Positions 37,809 through 50,572 of a DNA stretch of 64,000 bases are shown in pieces. Every line of letters starts with the position of its first letter. Position 1 is the stretch's first letter. The DNA is from a virus. Taxonomy: Duplodnaviria > Heunggongvirae > Uroviricota > Caudoviricetes. The stretch is from positions 12,652 through 76,651 of the IMG/VR virus record IMGVR_UViG_2609459822_000013; one strand, given 5' to 3'. Under the pieces are notes generated by a model. It made no database searches, was not told the DNA's origin, and saw nothing but the letters and a program-made list of their open reading frames with translations. The position numbers and the translations under genes are program-made.

Positions 37809-39596
37809 ATGATTTACACAACAGGCACGATAGCCGTTAGCGGAAAAACAGTTACTGGAGCTGGCACTGAATTCAATGCCGCATTATCTATGATTAGAGT
37901 GGGTTGCACCCTTATTGCCATTAGCAATCCGGTGCAGATTTTCTCAATCACAGAGGTAAAAAGCGCGACAAGTTTGTCAGTAACTCCGGCGGCAAGCCCG
38001 GCAATTCCGGCTGGAACTAAATATAGCATCCTGCTTTCAGATTCGATCTCTGTGGATGGCCTTGCTCAGGATGTTGCCGAAACACTGCGTTACTATCAGG
38101 GCAAAGAATCAGAAATAGCTGACGCCGTTGAATTTTTTAGCGACAACAAAGATGTTATTTCAGCCTCGAAATTAGCATCAGAATCAGCTACCACTGCAAC
38201 CAACGCGGCAACAACAGCGACAACCGCCGCCGATTCAGCTAAGACATACAGAGACGAGGCCCACGAATACGCCAATCAGACGGCACAGCCTTACGCGTAT
38301 GTTTTGCAGCCGCTGCCGGACGTATGGATACCGTTTAACGATTCTCTGGATATAATCACTGGCTACGGCTCAGGCACGAAAAAAGTAACCATTGATGGTG
38401 AAGAAAAAACAATATCATCAGATAAGGTTGTTTCTTTCTCCCGCGCAAGTACAGCTACTTACATTAATAAATCAGGAGTTTTAACCGTAGCTGATATTAA
38501 CGAGCCACGTTTCGAACGCGAAGGATTATTAATCGAAGGTGCTCGCACAAACTTCCTTATCAACGGTAGCGTCCCTGCAAATTGGGGCCGATCAACTAAT
38601 GTCACCGCTACAGCAGAAACTGACAGCTACGGTTTCCTGTACGGAAAATTCGTGATCGACGACAGTGCAGTTGGCGGCACTGGTGGTTGCAACATGGCGT
38701 CAGTGATCACTGCTAACGTTATCGACACTACTCAGCACGATGAACAGTACGTCACCGCTTCTTGTCGTTTTCGTTCGTCAAACGACGTCCGGTTGCGTAT
38801 CCGTTTTGCTGGTGGTGAAGACACTTCCAGTCTGGCATTCCTGTGTGATGCGTATATCAAACTAAGCGACATGTCTGTAACGAAGACAGGCGGCGATGCA
38901 GACAAACTCACTGTTAGCGTAACAACGGACAGCATCACCGGATGGAATCGCGCAGTGGTGACGTATAAATCAACCGTAACGCTGGTTACCGCGCAAATTC
39001 AGTTTGCTCCGGTTAGCGCGTTCGTGTCCGGCGACTACATGGAACTGGCAACTCCTCAAGTCGAACTTGGTACGAATGCATCATCGTATATTAGCTCAGG
39101 TTCAACTCCTTCTACCCGTGCGAGCGATATGGTAAGTATTACGACTAAAAACAACCTTGCGCGTCCTCCGTTCAGTTTCCTGCTCGAACTTCACAAGGAC
39201 TGGTTCAGAGCGCCTAACTCCGCGCCGCGTGTTTGGGATATTGCCAACGCTAAGAATGGGCAGTCAGTTATCGCTGCGGTTAACCGTGGTAGCAATCAGT
39301 ATTACATGTCTCTATCCAAAAGCGACGGTGCTTACATCAATTCTGCCGCTGGTGTTAAGTTAACTGATAACGCCACTATTGGCGCGGTGGTTAAAGGAGA
39401 TGGAACATTCCATGTGATCATGAACGGTGCACCTGCTAGTGATGCGACTTGTATCTACGGTGGTGTGACACAGGACAAAAACATCCGCTTTGGTGGTCAG
39501 ACATCCGATGGAACGCGCCACTTGTTCGGACATATCAGAAATTTTCGTATTTGGCACAAAGCATTAACTGATTCTCAATTAAGCGAAATTGTTTAA
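37809..39596 (+). CDS. Tail fiber protein
   Basis: 595 aa; Ala/Thr-rich N-terminal stalk, large C-terminal globular domain; downstream of J. Confidence 0.6.
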   Translation: MIYTTGTIAVSGKTVTGAGTEFNAALSMIRVGCTLIAISNPVQIFSITEVKSATSLSVTPAASPAIPAGTKYSILLSDSISVDGLAQDVAETLRYYQGKESEIADAVEFFSDNKDVISASKLASESATTATNAATTATTAADSAKTYRDEAHEYANQTAQPYAYVLQPLPDVWIPFNDSLDIITGYGSGTKKVTIDGEEKTISSDKVVSFSRASTATYINKSGVLTVADINEPRFEREGLLIEGARTNFLINGSVPANWGRSTNVTATAETDSYGFLYGKFVIDDSAVGGTGGCNMASVITANVIDTTQHDEQYVTASCRFRSSNDVRLRIRFAGGEDTSSLAFLCDAYIKLSDMSVTKTGGDADKLTVSVTTDSITGWNRAVVTYKSTVTLVTAQIQFAPVSAFVSGDYMELATPQVELGTNASSYISSGSTPSTRASDMVSITTKNNLARPPFSFLLELHKDWFRAPNSAPRVWDIANAKNGQSVIAAVNRGSNQYYMSLSKSDGAYINSAAGVKLTDNATIGAVVKGDGTFHVIMNGAPASDATCIYGGVTQDKNIRFGGQTSDGTRHLFGHIRNFRIWHKALTDSQLSEIV

Positions 39597-39606
39597 GGTG
39601 GTTAAC

Positions 39607-39873
39607 ATGAAAGACGTTAGCTTGCAATTTACTGATAAACAGCAATACAACGACATCGTGATTAACAGCGGCTGGCTGGACACCAATCAGCAAACCGTGT
39701 TTATTAATGACATTGGTTTTGTTCTTGTATTCGATGATCCAGAAAGCGACACGCCTGTACTGATTGAGAAAAAAGGCTATTACGTCAACATGCGCATTAC
39801 TGGTGACGATGTTGATTTGTCGCCGCTGGAAAAATTCATCATTCCAGATCCCGGCGTCCGCGCGTGGGCTTGA
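39607..39873 (+). CDS. Tail fiber-associated small protein (possible assembly chaperone)
   Basis: Internal ATG (MKDVSLQ) with AAGGTGG RBS, directly after the tail fiber gene. Confidence 0.35.
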   Translation: MKDVSLQFTDKQQYNDIVINSGWLDTNQQTVFINDIGFVLVFDDPESDTPVLIEKKGYYVNMRITGDDVDLSPLEKFIIPDPGVRAWA

Positions 39874-39917
39874 TGGTGCAATAGTAACAGCATGGTGATG
39901 TTAAAGACATCGCCGCG

Positions 39918-39945
39918 AAACGAGGCTAACGCCTCGTTTCTTTTT
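39918..39945 (+). terminator. Rho-independent terminator at the end of the tail operon
   Basis: aaacgaggc-taac-gcctcgttt hairpin followed by a T-run. Confidence 0.55.
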
Positions 39946-40320
39946 GTGTACCAAATAGTGACCAAATATCAAAAACCAAAATCAAAAACAACATAACATT
40001 CTGTTTCATAAATGATTATTCGTTGCGCTAATCATTCCAGACAGGACTGGTGAGTAAGTCCAGGGTATTGAAGTTGTGCGTAATCATTGAGATCCCGTTA
40101 TTTTTATCAATTTTTGTTGCTATCCGATCGCAAAAAAGCCACGTCATATGATCAGATAATTCTGATAATGATAGACGCTATTTAACACTTCACACGGTTT
40201 GTATATGGAAAAGCATTTTGCTTTTTGTATTCAATTTAGACAGAATTTTATTAATCATTTCAGGGTAATGGGGTGATGAGATGTTGCGTAACAGGGCCAG
40301 AAGGCTAGACTACAAAATAA

Positions 40321-41325
<1,005 letters not shown>

Positions 41326-41599
41326 CAAAAGCAATTTTCCCGGATGTCTGTATACAAAAACGCCGCAAAGTTTGAGCGAAGTCAATAAACTCTCTACCCA
41401 TTCAGGGCAATATCTCTCTTGCAGGTGAATGCAACGTCAAGCGATGGGCGTTGCGCTCCATATTGTCTTACTTCCTTTTTTGAATTACTGCATAGCACAA
41501 TTGATTCGTACGACGCCGACTTTGATGAGTCGGCTTTTTTTTGCCTGTTATTTATCAGCGTCTACCCTTTAAGAGTCCACCCAATGACCGGAGGGAAAT

Positions 41600-41773
41600 A
41601 TGACGACACTTATTTATTTGCAAATTCCTGTCCCTGAACCGATTCCTGGCGATCCTGTTCCAGTGCCCGATCCGATCCCTCGTCCGCAACCCATGCCTGA
41701 CCCACCACCCGATGAAGAACCGATTAAATTGTCGCATCGTGAGCGTAGATCTGCGAGGATACGCGCCTGCTAA
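41600..41773 (+). CDS. Small proline-rich protein (57 aa)
   Basis: Hand-translated, not in track; GGAGGG RBS 5-6 nt upstream; (P-x) repeats. Confidence 0.35.
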   Translation: MTTLIYLQIPVPEPIPGDPVPVPDPIPRPQPMPDPPPDEEPIKLSHRERRSARIRAC

Positions 41774-41802
41774 CTTTGCGTCGATGACCACGAGAATAGA
41801 TT

Positions 41803-43176
41803 GTGACCGCTTTTTCTACCCTGAATGTTTTGCCTCCCGCCCAACTCACGAACCTTAATGAGTTGGGTTATTTAACTATGACGCCGGTGCAGGCCGCCGC
41901 GCTTCCGGCGATCCTTGCCGGAAAAGATGTTCGCGTGCAGGCGAAAACCGGCAGCGGCAAAACGGCGGCTTTTGGCCTCGGCTTGTTACAGCAAATTGAT
42001 GCGTCGCTATTTCAAACCCAGGCTTTAGTGCTGTGTCCTACGCGTGAACTGGCGGATCAGGTGGCAGGTGAATTGCGTCGGTTGGCGCGTTTTCTGCCAA
42101 ATACCAAAATTTTGACGTTGTGCGGTGGTCAACCGTTCGGTATGCAGCGTGATTCGTTGCAACATGCGCCGCATATTATCGTGGCAACGCCGGGCCGTTT
42201 GTTGGATCATCTGCAAAAAGGCACGGTATCACTGGATGCGTTGAATACGCTGGTGATGGATGAGGCCGACCGCATGCTGGATATGGGATTTAGCGACGCC
42301 ATTGATGATGTCATCCGTTTTGCGCCAGCATCTCGACAGACGCTTCTGTTTTCGGCAACCTGGCCGGAAGCCATCGCCGCAATCAGCGGACGAGTGCAAC
42401 GCGATCCTTTAGCGATTGAAATTGACTCAACAGATGCTCTGCCACCTATTGAACAACAATTTTATGAGACATCCAGCAAAGGCAAAATTCCGTTGTTGCA
42501 ACGGTTATTAAGTTTGCATCAGCCATCCTCTTGCGTGGTGTTTTGCAATACCAAAAAAGATTGCCAGGCTGTCTGCGACGCGCTGAATGAAGTAGGGCAA
42601 AGTGCATTGTCGTTACACGGCGATCTGGAGCAACGTGATCGCGATCAGACCCTGGTACGTTTTGCTAACGGTAGCGCCCGTGTACTGGTTGCGACTGATG
42701 TTGCTGCGCGAGGTCTGGATATTAAATCGCTTGAGCTGGTGGTGAACTTTGAGCTGGCGTGGGATCCTGAAGTTCATGTGCATCGCATCGGTCGTACAGC
42801 GCGTGCAGGAAATAGCGGTCTGGCGATCAGTTTCTGTGCCCCGGAAGAAGCACAGCGGGCCAATATCATTTCTGACATGTTGCAGATAAAACTTAACTGG
42901 CAAACGCCGCCAGTTAATAGTTCTATTGTGCCGCTGGAAACCGAAATGGCAACGTTATGTATCGATGGCGGGAAAAAAGCCAAAATGCGCCCGGGTGATG
43001 TATTAGGTGCGCTGACAGGAGATATCGGGCTTGATGGCGCAGATATTGGCAAAATCGCCGTGCATCCGGCGCATGTCTATGTCGCGGTGCGTCAGGCTGT
43101 TGCTCATAAAGCATGGAAACAGTTACAGGGCGGGAGGATTAAAGGAAAAACGTGCCGGGTGCGGTTATTAAAATAA
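41803..43176 (+). CDS. dbpA: ATP-dependent RNA helicase DbpA (DEAD-box)
   Basis: 457 aa; AKTGSGKT Walker A, DEAD box, SAT, HRIGRTAR motifs. Confidence 0.9.
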   Translation: MTAFSTLNVLPPAQLTNLNELGYLTMTPVQAAALPAILAGKDVRVQAKTGSGKTAAFGLGLLQQIDASLFQTQALVLCPTRELADQVAGELRRLARFLPNTKILTLCGGQPFGMQRDSLQHAPHIIVATPGRLLDHLQKGTVSLDALNTLVMDEADRMLDMGFSDAIDDVIRFAPASRQTLLFSATWPEAIAAISGRVQRDPLAIEIDSTDALPPIEQQFYETSSKGKIPLLQRLLSLHQPSSCVVFCNTKKDCQAVCDALNEVGQSALSLHGDLEQRDRDQTLVRFANGSARVLVATDVAARGLDIKSLELVVNFELAWDPEVHVHRIGRTARAGNSGLAISFCAPEEAQRANIISDMLQIKLNWQTPPVNSSIVPLETEMATLCIDGGKKAKMRPGDVLGALTGDIGLDGADIGKIAVHPAHVYVAVRQAVAHKAWKQLQGGRIKGKTCRVRLLK

Positions 43177-43304
43177 TGAAATGTTGAATTGCCGGGTGCA
43201 AGAGTAAACATCTTCTTCGGCATTGCCGGATGTGTCGCTGACCGCGTCTTATCCGGCCTCCATAAGAGTAGCCCGATACGCTTACGCATCGGGCGCTATC
43301 CGGG

Positions 43305-44240
43305 TTATTTCACTTCAACCACATTCAGCCGTAACTCATCCAACTGATTTTCATCTTCTTCAGGCTGCCAACCTGCCGGTTGTAGAGGGATCTCTTCGCG
43401 ATCAAACGCCAGATCACCCCCGTTAACCACTTCAGAACCGTGGGTAATGCCTTTGAAATCGAACAGGTTGGTATCGCACAGATGCGACGGCACCACATTC
43501 TGCATCGCGCTGAACATCGTCTCGATACGCCCCGGATAACGTTTATCCCAGTCACGCAACATGTCAGCAATCACCTGACGTTGCAGGTTAGGCTGTGAAC
43601 CGCACAGGTTGCACGGAATAATCGGGAACGCTTTTGCATCGGCAAAGCGCTGAATATCTTTCTCGCGGCAGTAGGCCAGCGGGCGAATCACGATATGTTT
43701 GCCATCATCGCTCATCAGTTTCGGAGGCATACCTTTCATCTTGCCGCCGTAGAACATATTTAAGAACAACGTTTGCAGGATATCGTCACGATGGTGACCC
43801 AGCGCGATCTTCGTCGCTCCCAGTTCCGTTGCGGTACGATAAAGGATACCGCGACGAAGACGAGAACACAGTGAGCAAGTGGTTTTGCCCTCCGGAATCT
43901 TCTCTTTCACGATACCGTAAGTGTTCTCTTCAACAATCTTGTACTCAACGCCCAGCTTTTCAAGATACTCGGGCAGAACGTGTTCCGGGAAGCCCGGTTG
44001 CTTTTGATCGAGGTTAACAGCCACCAGCGAAAAATTGATTGGCGCGCTTTGCTGCAAATTGCGCAGAATTTCCAGCATGGTATAGCTGTCTTTACCCCCG
44101 GAGAGGCAAACCATGATGCGATCGCCTTCTTCAATCATATTGAAGTCAGCAATGGCTTCGCCCACGTTACGACGCAGACGTTTTTGTAATTTGTTCAGGT
44201 TGTATTGTTCTTTCTTTGTAATTTGTTGATTTTCTTTCAT
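43305..44240 (-). CDS. ttcA: tRNA 2-thiocytidine biosynthesis protein TtcA
   Basis: 311 aa; PP-loop SGGKDS and CxxC pairs; adjacent to the Rac integrase as in E. coli K-12. Confidence 0.9.
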   Translation of the reverse strand: MKENQQITKKEQYNLNKLQKRLRRNVGEAIADFNMIEEGDRIMVCLSGGKDSYTMLEILRNLQQSAPINFSLVAVNLDQKQPGFPEHVLPEYLEKLGVEYKIVEENTYGIVKEKIPEGKTTCSLCSRLRRGILYRTATELGATKIALGHHRDDILQTLFLNMFYGGKMKGMPPKLMSDDGKHIVIRPLAYCREKDIQRFADAKAFPIIPCNLCGSQPNLQRQVIADMLRDWDKRYPGRIETMFSAMQNVVPSHLCDTNLFDFKGITHGSEVVNGGDLAFDREEIPLQPAGWQPEEDENQLDELRLNVVEVK

Positions 44241-44291
44241 TATTTCAGTTCTCTGGTACTAAATGGGGCAAATTGGGGGCAAACTTTGCAA

Positions 44292-45527
44292 CTACGATAA
44301 CCGCGCATTCAACATGGCTACCTGTTCGTCGTTCATGTCATCAATCCACATACCGTAAATTTCATACACCATCTGCGCAGTTTCATGCCCCATCTGGCTG
44401 GCTATAAACGCCGGGTTCGCTCCTGCCGTCAACAGCCAGCAGGCAAAAGTATGCCGCGTATGGTACGGATTACGGCGGCGAATACCAGCACGTTTTACTG
44501 CTGCATTCCATCTCGCACCCAAACTGCTTACCGAGTAATAAGGTTTCTGTTTTCCGTTACACACTCTGGGCATGAAAACAAAATGCAGTTTTTGCTTTTC
44601 GGTTCTGCCGTACTCCCGATGATAAAAAGTGATTTCGCTTTTGCGATGATGCCCGGTCAGTTTGTATTGCTCCTTCAGTGCTTCAAGAGCAGGCTGCAGT
44701 AGTGTTACTGTCCGGATCCCGGCATTTGTTTTTGGGGGACCGAACATATCAAGTATCGTCAGGTTTCTTCTGACATTCACTATTCCCTTTTCGAGATCCA
44801 CATCCTCCCACGCCAGAGCTGCCAGTTCCCCGTGACGAAGTCCTGAGTAAACGGCAAATTTCCACAAGTTCTGGCTCTGTCCTTTTTCACTTTCCATTAA
44901 TGCATTGAATTCTGTTTTAGATAACGGATCAGGCTTTATTCTGTTTCGCTGTAATTTTTTTACTCCTTCAAATGGTTTGGTTGATATAAATCCCGACTGA
45001 TACGCAAAACGCAACAGCGAACAGAGCAGGGCGATATAGTTATCAACTGTGCGCACGGTTCTTCCTTTTTTGTTGGATCTTGGATTATCCAGGTAAAGCG
45101 TTTCTCCATGCAGCAGTTCATTCCGGTAGATTAAGATATCGCTATAACGAATATGTGATATCGGGGTACTTTCACAAATTATTATTCTGAGTGTTTTTAA
45201 TTGTGATTTCGTTTTCTTCATTGTGTTTGTTGTTAACTCTGTCTCTTTAATTTTTGTCCAGATATCACAAAGTTCTCCGAACGTTTTTATGACTCTCGTT
45301 GTCACCATTTTTGCCCCAGTGCTGGACTGGGGAAAACGTCTTAAATACTCAAATTCACCGGAGTTTATTTCATGAACTATCAGCGATCTTAAATTTCCGG
45401 CCTTTTTAATATTACTGTTTGTAATCTCCCAGCCTTTTAATGTTTCCCGACATCGTTTTCCTCGAAACATGAACCAGATGCGAATGTATCTACCTCTAAT
45501 CTCGACACCTGTTGGTAATTTAGACAT
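44292..45527 (-). CDS. intR: Tyrosine integrase (Rac-type)
   Basis: 411 aa; C-terminal R...HxxR...Y catalytic pattern (HTRHTFA, YEIYGMW); adjacent to ttcA. Confidence 0.9.
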   Translation of the reverse strand: MSKLPTGVEIRGRYIRIWFMFRGKRCRETLKGWEITNSNIKKAGNLRSLIVHEINSGEFEYLRRFPQSSTGAKMVTTRVIKTFGELCDIWTKIKETELTTNTMKKTKSQLKTLRIIICESTPISHIRYSDILIYRNELLHGETLYLDNPRSNKKGRTVRTVDNYIALLCSLLRFAYQSGFISTKPFEGVKKLQRNRIKPDPLSKTEFNALMESEKGQSQNLWKFAVYSGLRHGELAALAWEDVDLEKGIVNVRRNLTILDMFGPPKTNAGIRTVTLLQPALEALKEQYKLTGHHRKSEITFYHREYGRTEKQKLHFVFMPRVCNGKQKPYYSVSSLGARWNAAVKRAGIRRRNPYHTRHTFACWLLTAGANPAFIASQMGHETAQMVYEIYGMWIDDMNDEQVAMLNARLS

Positions 45528-45528
45528 A

Positions 45529-45744
45529 TCATGAGTCTTTGATAAACTGATTTATCTTTGGATAGTTGTACCAGATAATCCCTCGCTTACTGTCTGGCTT
45601 CCCTAAAGGAGATACTCGTTTGAAGTGGAAGCCTTCCACCCAACAGTTCTGGCGGTATGCTTCAATTTGTCTGGCCCCCAGACCAGTGCGAAGCATCAGG
45701 CCGTATTCAACCATCCACTCTTCATTAAAGATTACTTGTGCCAT
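45529..45744 (-). CDS. xisR: Excisionase
   Basis: Internal ATG ([10 protein letters not shown]) gives 71 aa; directly upstream of int. Confidence 0.7.
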   Translation of the reverse strand: MAQVIFNEEWMVEYGLMLRTGLGARQIEAYRQNCWVEGFHFKRVSPLGKPDSKRGIIWYNYPKINQFIKDS

Positions 45745-45843
45745 CGCATCACCTCTGGCAGGCGCCAATGTTAGACTGAAATTGACGCCCGATGTTGATT
45801 ATTAATAATCAGCTATGAAGTTTTAATTTGAATACAATGCAAT

Positions 45844-46044
45844 TCACGAGGACTGAAGTCTCTCGCAATTAAAATTTATCAGTTTTACTTTCTGCTCTCT
45901 GGAAACGGCTGCTTCTTTTTTACCTGAGAGCATTTTTTCGCATTCTGATTTCGTTAGTTTAGATTTTGAATATCTTGTCCAGTTAGTAGGAGTGCCACCT
46001 TCCTTTTCAATAGTGGCGGTAATTTTATACATGAACACCTCCAT
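45844..46044 (-). CDS. ydaC: Rac prophage protein YdaC-like
   Basis: Small ORF between xis and ralR; start uncertain. Confidence 0.45.
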   Translation of the reverse strand: MEVFMYKITATIEKEGGTPTNWTRYSKSKLTKSECEKMLSGKKEAAVSREQKVKLINFNCERLQSS

Positions 46045-46219
46045 TATTATTTCCAGTGGTTCGTTTATTCCATCTTTCGAGTGCTTCTTTTTCACTTCCA
46101 CCATAACCGGTTCGGGATTCGCATCCGTTACACTTCGCTCGGTAATATCCTGAAATGGCTTTCACCGTTACTGATGGACAACCACAAAATGGACATGGTT
46201 TAACATTGTCATATCTCAT
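46025..46219 (-). CDS. ralR: Restriction alleviation protein Lar/RalR
   Basis: Internal ATG (MRYDNVKPCPFCGC); Cys4 zinc ribbon; position upstream of recT. Confidence 0.7.
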   Translation of the reverse strand: MRYDNVKPCPFCGCPSVTVKAISGYYRAKCNGCESRTGYGGSEKEALERWNKRTTGNNNGGVHV

Positions 46220-46275
46220 AATTTTTCTCATAAAAAATATTTCAAGTTGGCGGTGCATTACACCGCCAGACTGAA

Positions 46276-47085
46276 TTATTCCTCTGAATTATCGATTACA
46301 CTGTATTCCCCGGTTAATACAGAGGAATCTGCAGGATCGATTGTCAGTGGTTCCTTTTCATCCATTGATACTGCACGCTGGATCTCAATTGATACGGGCA
46401 GATATTTGAACAGGCGACGAATAGCTGTTTTCTTTGCCATTTCTTCCCAGTGAGTTACCCACGGCCCGTTATTACCAGCTTTACTCTGGCTGCGCACCAG
46501 CTCAATCTGTCTGCGCGTCATAACTTCAAACTGAGTACCTCCGTCTTTCAGTCTTGCGACAGCATAGACGTGGGTAACCGGGGCATCTTCGTTTTCTCCT
46601 GGGCGGTGTATTAACTTTTCATCAAGGCCAAATTCGAAATTAAATTCGTCACCTTCACGGACAACACGGGCTGACAGGCTGGCGATTTGACCTGAACGGC
46701 GAGCCAGATCAATCATGCCGCGATAGCCAATGATTAGCTGAACGTTTTTTTTACCGCTCTTTTCGTTTTTATTACCAAAAGGCAGTAAATATGCATGACC
46801 GAGGGCGCTACCTGGCTCAAGTCCGAGCTGTGAACACTGTACGATTGCACTGACAAAACTCATAGTGTCACAGTTTCCTAACGCCGGAACTTTACGAATT
46901 TCTGTGGTGGCGATACGGATCATACGTTCAGCCGTCATATGGCGTGGAAGAGCTGCTGCCAGTTGCTCTTTCATTGATGGCTGGTTAATAAAACTAATCA
47001 CGTCGTTATTTTTAATTGCTGCTGGTGCACGGTTTTCCTGAGTTTTTTGCAGATCGGCTTTTGCGATTGGTGGTTGCTTAGTCAT
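46276..47085 (-). CDS. recT: Recombinase RecT (single-strand annealing protein)
   Basis: Internal ATG (MTKQPPIAK) gives 269 aa; matches RecT as I recall it. Confidence 0.85.
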   Translation of the reverse strand: MTKQPPIAKADLQKTQENRAPAAIKNNDVISFINQPSMKEQLAAALPRHMTAERMIRIATTEIRKVPALGNCDTMSFVSAIVQCSQLGLEPGSALGHAYLLPFGNKNEKSGKKNVQLIIGYRGMIDLARRSGQIASLSARVVREGDEFNFEFGLDEKLIHRPGENEDAPVTHVYAVARLKDGGTQFEVMTRRQIELVRSQSKAGNNGPWVTHWEEMAKKTAIRRLFKYLPVSIEIQRAVSMDEKEPLTIDPADSSVLTGEYSVIDNSEE

Positions 47086-49729
47086 TTGCATATTCCTTAG
47101 CCCAGCGGGGCAGTGATAACGTCTTAATAGCTGGCCATTCATCGGTATTGAGGCAGTCAGCCAGGGTTCGCAGATTGCGGTGATATTCCAGCTGACCTGC
47201 TAGTTTTGCTTCTTCGCCCATCATGAAAATTTCAACCGGATAACGTCCGCATTCAATAGTTGTGCTGGCAACCAGAAAAACGAAAGTTGGCTGCACTCCA
47301 AACTGTGCTTCATAACCGTCACTGTAGAATGCATCCTGAACGTGATAGCGGTAGTCGTAATAAGCGGTTTTGAATCGTTGAATATCCGCCGTAGTTTTCA
47401 CGTCCATGATCCAGTGAAATTCAGGGATAATTTTGTCCGGACGGCACCGACACAAAATTCCTGTTTCAGGATCTTCCCAGTAAATTGATGATTCAGCGTG
47501 TCCGGCGCTTTCAACAAGCCATTGCCCCAGCGGCAAAGCCATAACGCTTTGATACATCAGTTCAATTTTCCGGCCTTCTTCCGCAGTGATAACCATTTTT
47601 CCTGTGCTTGCGCATTCCATCAGAAACGCTTTCTCTTCTTCTTTTCCGGCGTTTGTACGGCGGTTAAATTCAGGTGCTACGATAAAGCGGTTACTGAATT
47701 CTTCCGGTTCAAGTACCCGGCAGTGGAAAGCGGTTCCTAAATCGAGCGTTTTTGTCTTTGTGGTGTCCACGGGGGCATTTTTACGCCACAAATACAGTGC
47801 CGGAGTATCAGCAATGTCATCGAGCTGAGACTTACTGACACCGGGACCTGCGTGGTAATTCTCATTCGAAATTCCGTAATAAATACCTGGCTCTATGTCT
47901 TCTACGATTACGGGATCTGCGACTTCGCCAGTTTCATCACTGCAATCGCGATGCGGATCGCTGCCAGCATTCTCATTGTGCGGATGTTCAGCGCCTTCCA
48001 TTTCCTCCGGATCATTTTCCTTAGCTTCAACCTGATTCTCTTCAGCGAATTTTTCCTGGTTTGTTGCGTCCCCCACCCCCCCACCACGGCCAGGGCATTT
48101 ACCCCCGCCAGTCTGGCCGCAGGCATTGAAGGCTATTTCCGGTTCCTGTTGCACTACTGGCTCAGGTTGTTTCATATCCGGGCTGGTTTTTTCCGTTTCT
48201 GGCTGGTTCTGGTACACAGAATCGCGAGTCTGGATCCCCTTAACCCATTTCGGATCGTTCGGGTCGCTAATTCCGTCAACAAATTCACCACGTGATGCAG
48301 CAAGCAATTTATCGGCATCGACAGGATTTTTTGATGGAATGTTTTTCCGAGCTTCATGGAGTTCTGCCCGCAGTTCCTGATATTTCGCATCAACAGAATT
48401 TACCTGTGACTGAGCATCCAGCGGCTGCGTGTCCTGATGATGTTTAGTTGCGTCCGGTTCCATTGTTTCAGCCTCTCCCTGTTCATCTGCCGTTGTTCCA
48501 GATGGTTGCAGTTTTTCTTCATCATCCTGTTTTCCTTCTTCTGTTACTCGCTGCGGCATCGGGGCAGAGGAGCGACCGCAGGCAATATCCACGATTTCCG
48601 GATCAGGGTTGGCATGATCGGTTTCAGTCAGTACTTTGTTCAGATATGCAGTGACGTGAGCGGGGATGACCTCGATCCCAATTGGTGCTTCTTTCACGGA
48701 CGCAACCACGATGGCGCGGGAATAATCCAGCCCGCCAGGCATGGTGATGAATTTGTCGCGGAAAACAGAAAAGGGCGGTTTATTTTCAGCGATAATTTCC
48801 TCAATGCGTTTAGCGTGTGCCGGATGAAGGTTATAGATGTCCACGTCCATTGAACGGGCCAGTACGCCAGTGGCTATATCGCGCGCCAGTGACGTCAGAT
48901 CGTGGACGAAACCTTCGCCGCGATCTGTGAGGTTCCCGCCGCCAGCATTAGCACCGGAAGCCGTGCGAGTGATGCGTGAAACACGATTCCCTTTTCGCCA
49001 TTCTTTTGTCAGAAGACCGCGATCAATGTGTTCGGTATCCAGCCAGGCTGAAATGAAATTCTTAAATTCATAGGGCTGATGTTTTTTAGTGATAGAGAAA
49101 ACTGCCTTAATTGCATCAGTCAGGCGGAGCAGGGCGGCATTATCCAGAGTTGTCGGTTCTGCCATGCCGCGTATGGCCAACAGCAGATTCTGGACATAGC
49201 TGTTTTCCTGATCCATCTCAAGAGCAGTAATGTGTTCGCGTTGTTCTCGGGTGGCATGATGCAGGTATTTCCGATCCCCGGCCGCATACGTAAAAATGTG
49301 CAGAAGACGCTGTGTGAACCGCAAAGTGGCTACAGAGACTTCGCAATCCTGGCAATCCTCGTGGGCGTCTGCCTGCGCGTTTTCTTCCTGGCCTCCCGCC
49401 AGTTCGTTGGTTTCTTGAGCATTATCCTGGTGGTGAACGTCGTCTGGCGCTGCTCCCGGTTTTAGTTCCCATGTCATGGAGTCTTTGCTGAGTTGATAGC
49501 GTTCACTCCAGGTAAAATCGATCTCACCTTCAGGGGGAAGGTCATTAACGACAGGAAAATTTGTGGCAACAGCTTTAAAATAGTTGCTCAGTTTTTTACC
49601 TGACTTAACGATCAGGTAGTCCAGAGTGGCACAGGTCGATTCAAAATCGTCGCTTGCCCACAGGACGACGTCAGGTTCACCGGATGATTTTTTCGCTTTC
49701 CGTAACAGGAAGAGTGGTTTTGTGCTCAT
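47078..49729 (-). CDS. recE: Exodeoxyribonuclease VIII (RecE)
   Basis: 883-aa ORF overlapping recT start; C-terminal nuclease region; start uncertain. Confidence 0.8.
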   Translation of the reverse strand: MSTKPLFLLRKAKKSSGEPDVVLWASDDFESTCATLDYLIVKSGKKLSNYFKAVATNFPVVNDLPPEGEIDFTWSERYQLSKDSMTWELKPGAAPDDVHHQDNAQETNELAGGQEENAQADAHEDCQDCEVSVATLRFTQRLLHIFTYAAGDRKYLHHATREQREHITALEMDQENSYVQNLLLAIRGMAEPTTLDNAALLRLTDAIKAVFSITKKHQPYEFKNFISAWLDTEHIDRGLLTKEWRKGNRVSRITRTASGANAGGGNLTDRGEGFVHDLTSLARDIATGVLARSMDVDIYNLHPAHAKRIEEIIAENKPPFSVFRDKFITMPGGLDYSRAIVVASVKEAPIGIEVIPAHVTAYLNKVLTETDHANPDPEIVDIACGRSSAPMPQRVTEEGKQDDEEKLQPSGTTADEQGEAETMEPDATKHHQDTQPLDAQSQVNSVDAKYQELRAELHEARKNIPSKNPVDADKLLAASRGEFVDGISDPNDPKWVKGIQTRDSVYQNQPETEKTSPDMKQPEPVVQQEPEIAFNACGQTGGGKCPGRGGGVGDATNQEKFAEENQVEAKENDPEEMEGAEHPHNENAGSDPHRDCSDETGEVADPVIVEDIEPGIYYGISNENYHAGPGVSKSQLDDIADTPALYLWRKNAPVDTTKTKTLDLGTAFHCRVLEPEEFSNRFIVAPEFNRRTNAGKEEEKAFLMECASTGKMVITAEEGRKIELMYQSVMALPLGQWLVESAGHAESSIYWEDPETGILCRCRPDKIIPEFHWIMDVKTTADIQRFKTAYYDYRYHVQDAFYSDGYEAQFGVQPTFVFLVASTTIECGRYPVEIFMMGEEAKLAGQLEYHRNLRTLADCLNTDEWPAIKTLSLPRWAKEYAND

Positions 49730-49830
49730 TGTTTTTTAACCTCAACTCAGATTAAAATTCGTTTTGTTCAGTGAATGATCTTGCCGGATACACACTGTTC
49801 ATAGCCTGCGCCATACGCAGGCTATTTCTT

Positions 49831-50106
49831 TCAGATTTCACCTTTTAATTTCATTGCAATTAGAGTTGCCAGAAATTCGGCTTTTTTTTCTGCGGGCAGA
49901 TTCTTTCCGGTATGCACCAGGCACATTTTTTTGACACCTTCGTGAAGTGTTTTAACGTTGCCTGATGGACCGTCGATATCAACCACAGTGAATGGGGTTT
50001 CTTTATTTTCTGTTTTAATCACGTAGCCAATACGCTTTCCTTCCAGATTAACCTCGTGAACAATGTCATCAGTAGTTACAACAGTGGCTTCATAACTGGT
50101 AATCAT
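49831..50106 (-). CDS. racC: RacC
   Basis: Internal ATG (MITSYEATVV) gives 91 aa. Confidence 0.7.
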   Translation of the reverse strand: MITSYEATVVTTDDIVHEVNLEGKRIGYVIKTENKETPFTVVDIDGPSGNVKTLHEGVKKMCLVHTGKNLPAEKKAEFLATLIAMKLKGEI

Positions 50107-50180
50107 GTTTTTCTCCTTAATTAAGGTTGAGCGAATCCCTGCCATTGCTGGCATAAATTCAGTTTCGCATAGTCAGTTAA

Positions 50181-50351
50181 TTAAAGTTCGTGTGCCATCT
50201 GGTCTTTTTCGGCACAACTTTCACTACAATATTTTTTCATTTCCGTCGTTTGGATAACTCCACGCATGAAATGAAGTGGTCTTTTGATACTTTTGCTTTC
50301 TTCAATTTCTTTATTGCAAAGGTGGTAAGCACATTTTATTTTCTTAGTCAT
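50181..50351 (-). CDS. ydaE: YdaE-like small cysteine-rich protein
   Basis: Hand-translated 56 aa ([12 protein letters not shown]...), not in track; start overlaps kilR stop. Confidence 0.55.
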   Translation of the reverse strand: MTKKIKCAYHLCNKEIEESKSIKRPLHFMRGVIQTTEMKKYCSESCAEKDQMAHEL

Positions 50352-50572
50352 CACCATGACTCCGCCTTTACAGGTAAACCATTACGACCGAGGAAGACTT
50401 TAATCATGCAGTCAGTAATGCATGTTTTTGTGGTCAGGTTACGAATATAAAGTTTTCGCTTTTTAATATTGTTTGCCGAGGCAATATATGTCCGGCCTTC
50501 ATGAAGAACATAGTCACCAGGAGTCACACACTGACGTGGTATTTCATCAGTTCCGAAGTGATGTGCAATCAT
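50351..50572 (-). CDS. kilR: Cell-division inhibitor KilR
   Basis: Internal ATG ([12 protein letters not shown]) gives 73 aa. Confidence 0.75.
   Translation of the reverse strand: MIAHHFGTDEIPRQCVTPGDYVLHEGRTYIASANNIKKRKLYIRNLTTKTCITDCMIKVFLGRNGLPVKAESW

Larger units (their letters stand above)
1..39950 (+). mobile_element. Prophage 1 (lambdoid siphovirus-type), right arm from early nin-like region through lysis, packaging, head and tail genes; integrase side is upstream of the window
   Basis: Uninterrupted + strand operon with NinG, RusA, holin/SAR-endolysin/Rz/Rz1, terS/terL, portal, capsid, tape measure, gpM/L/K/I/J-like and tail-fiber genes; ends ~400 bp before zntB. Confidence 0.8.

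Noticed and set aside
43634-44189. Plus-strand ORFs inside ttcA
   Set aside because: Antisense to a well-supported core gene.
47498-49465. Multiple plus-strand ORFs (80-147 aa) inside recE
   Set aside because: Antisense to the long recE gene; no supporting signals.
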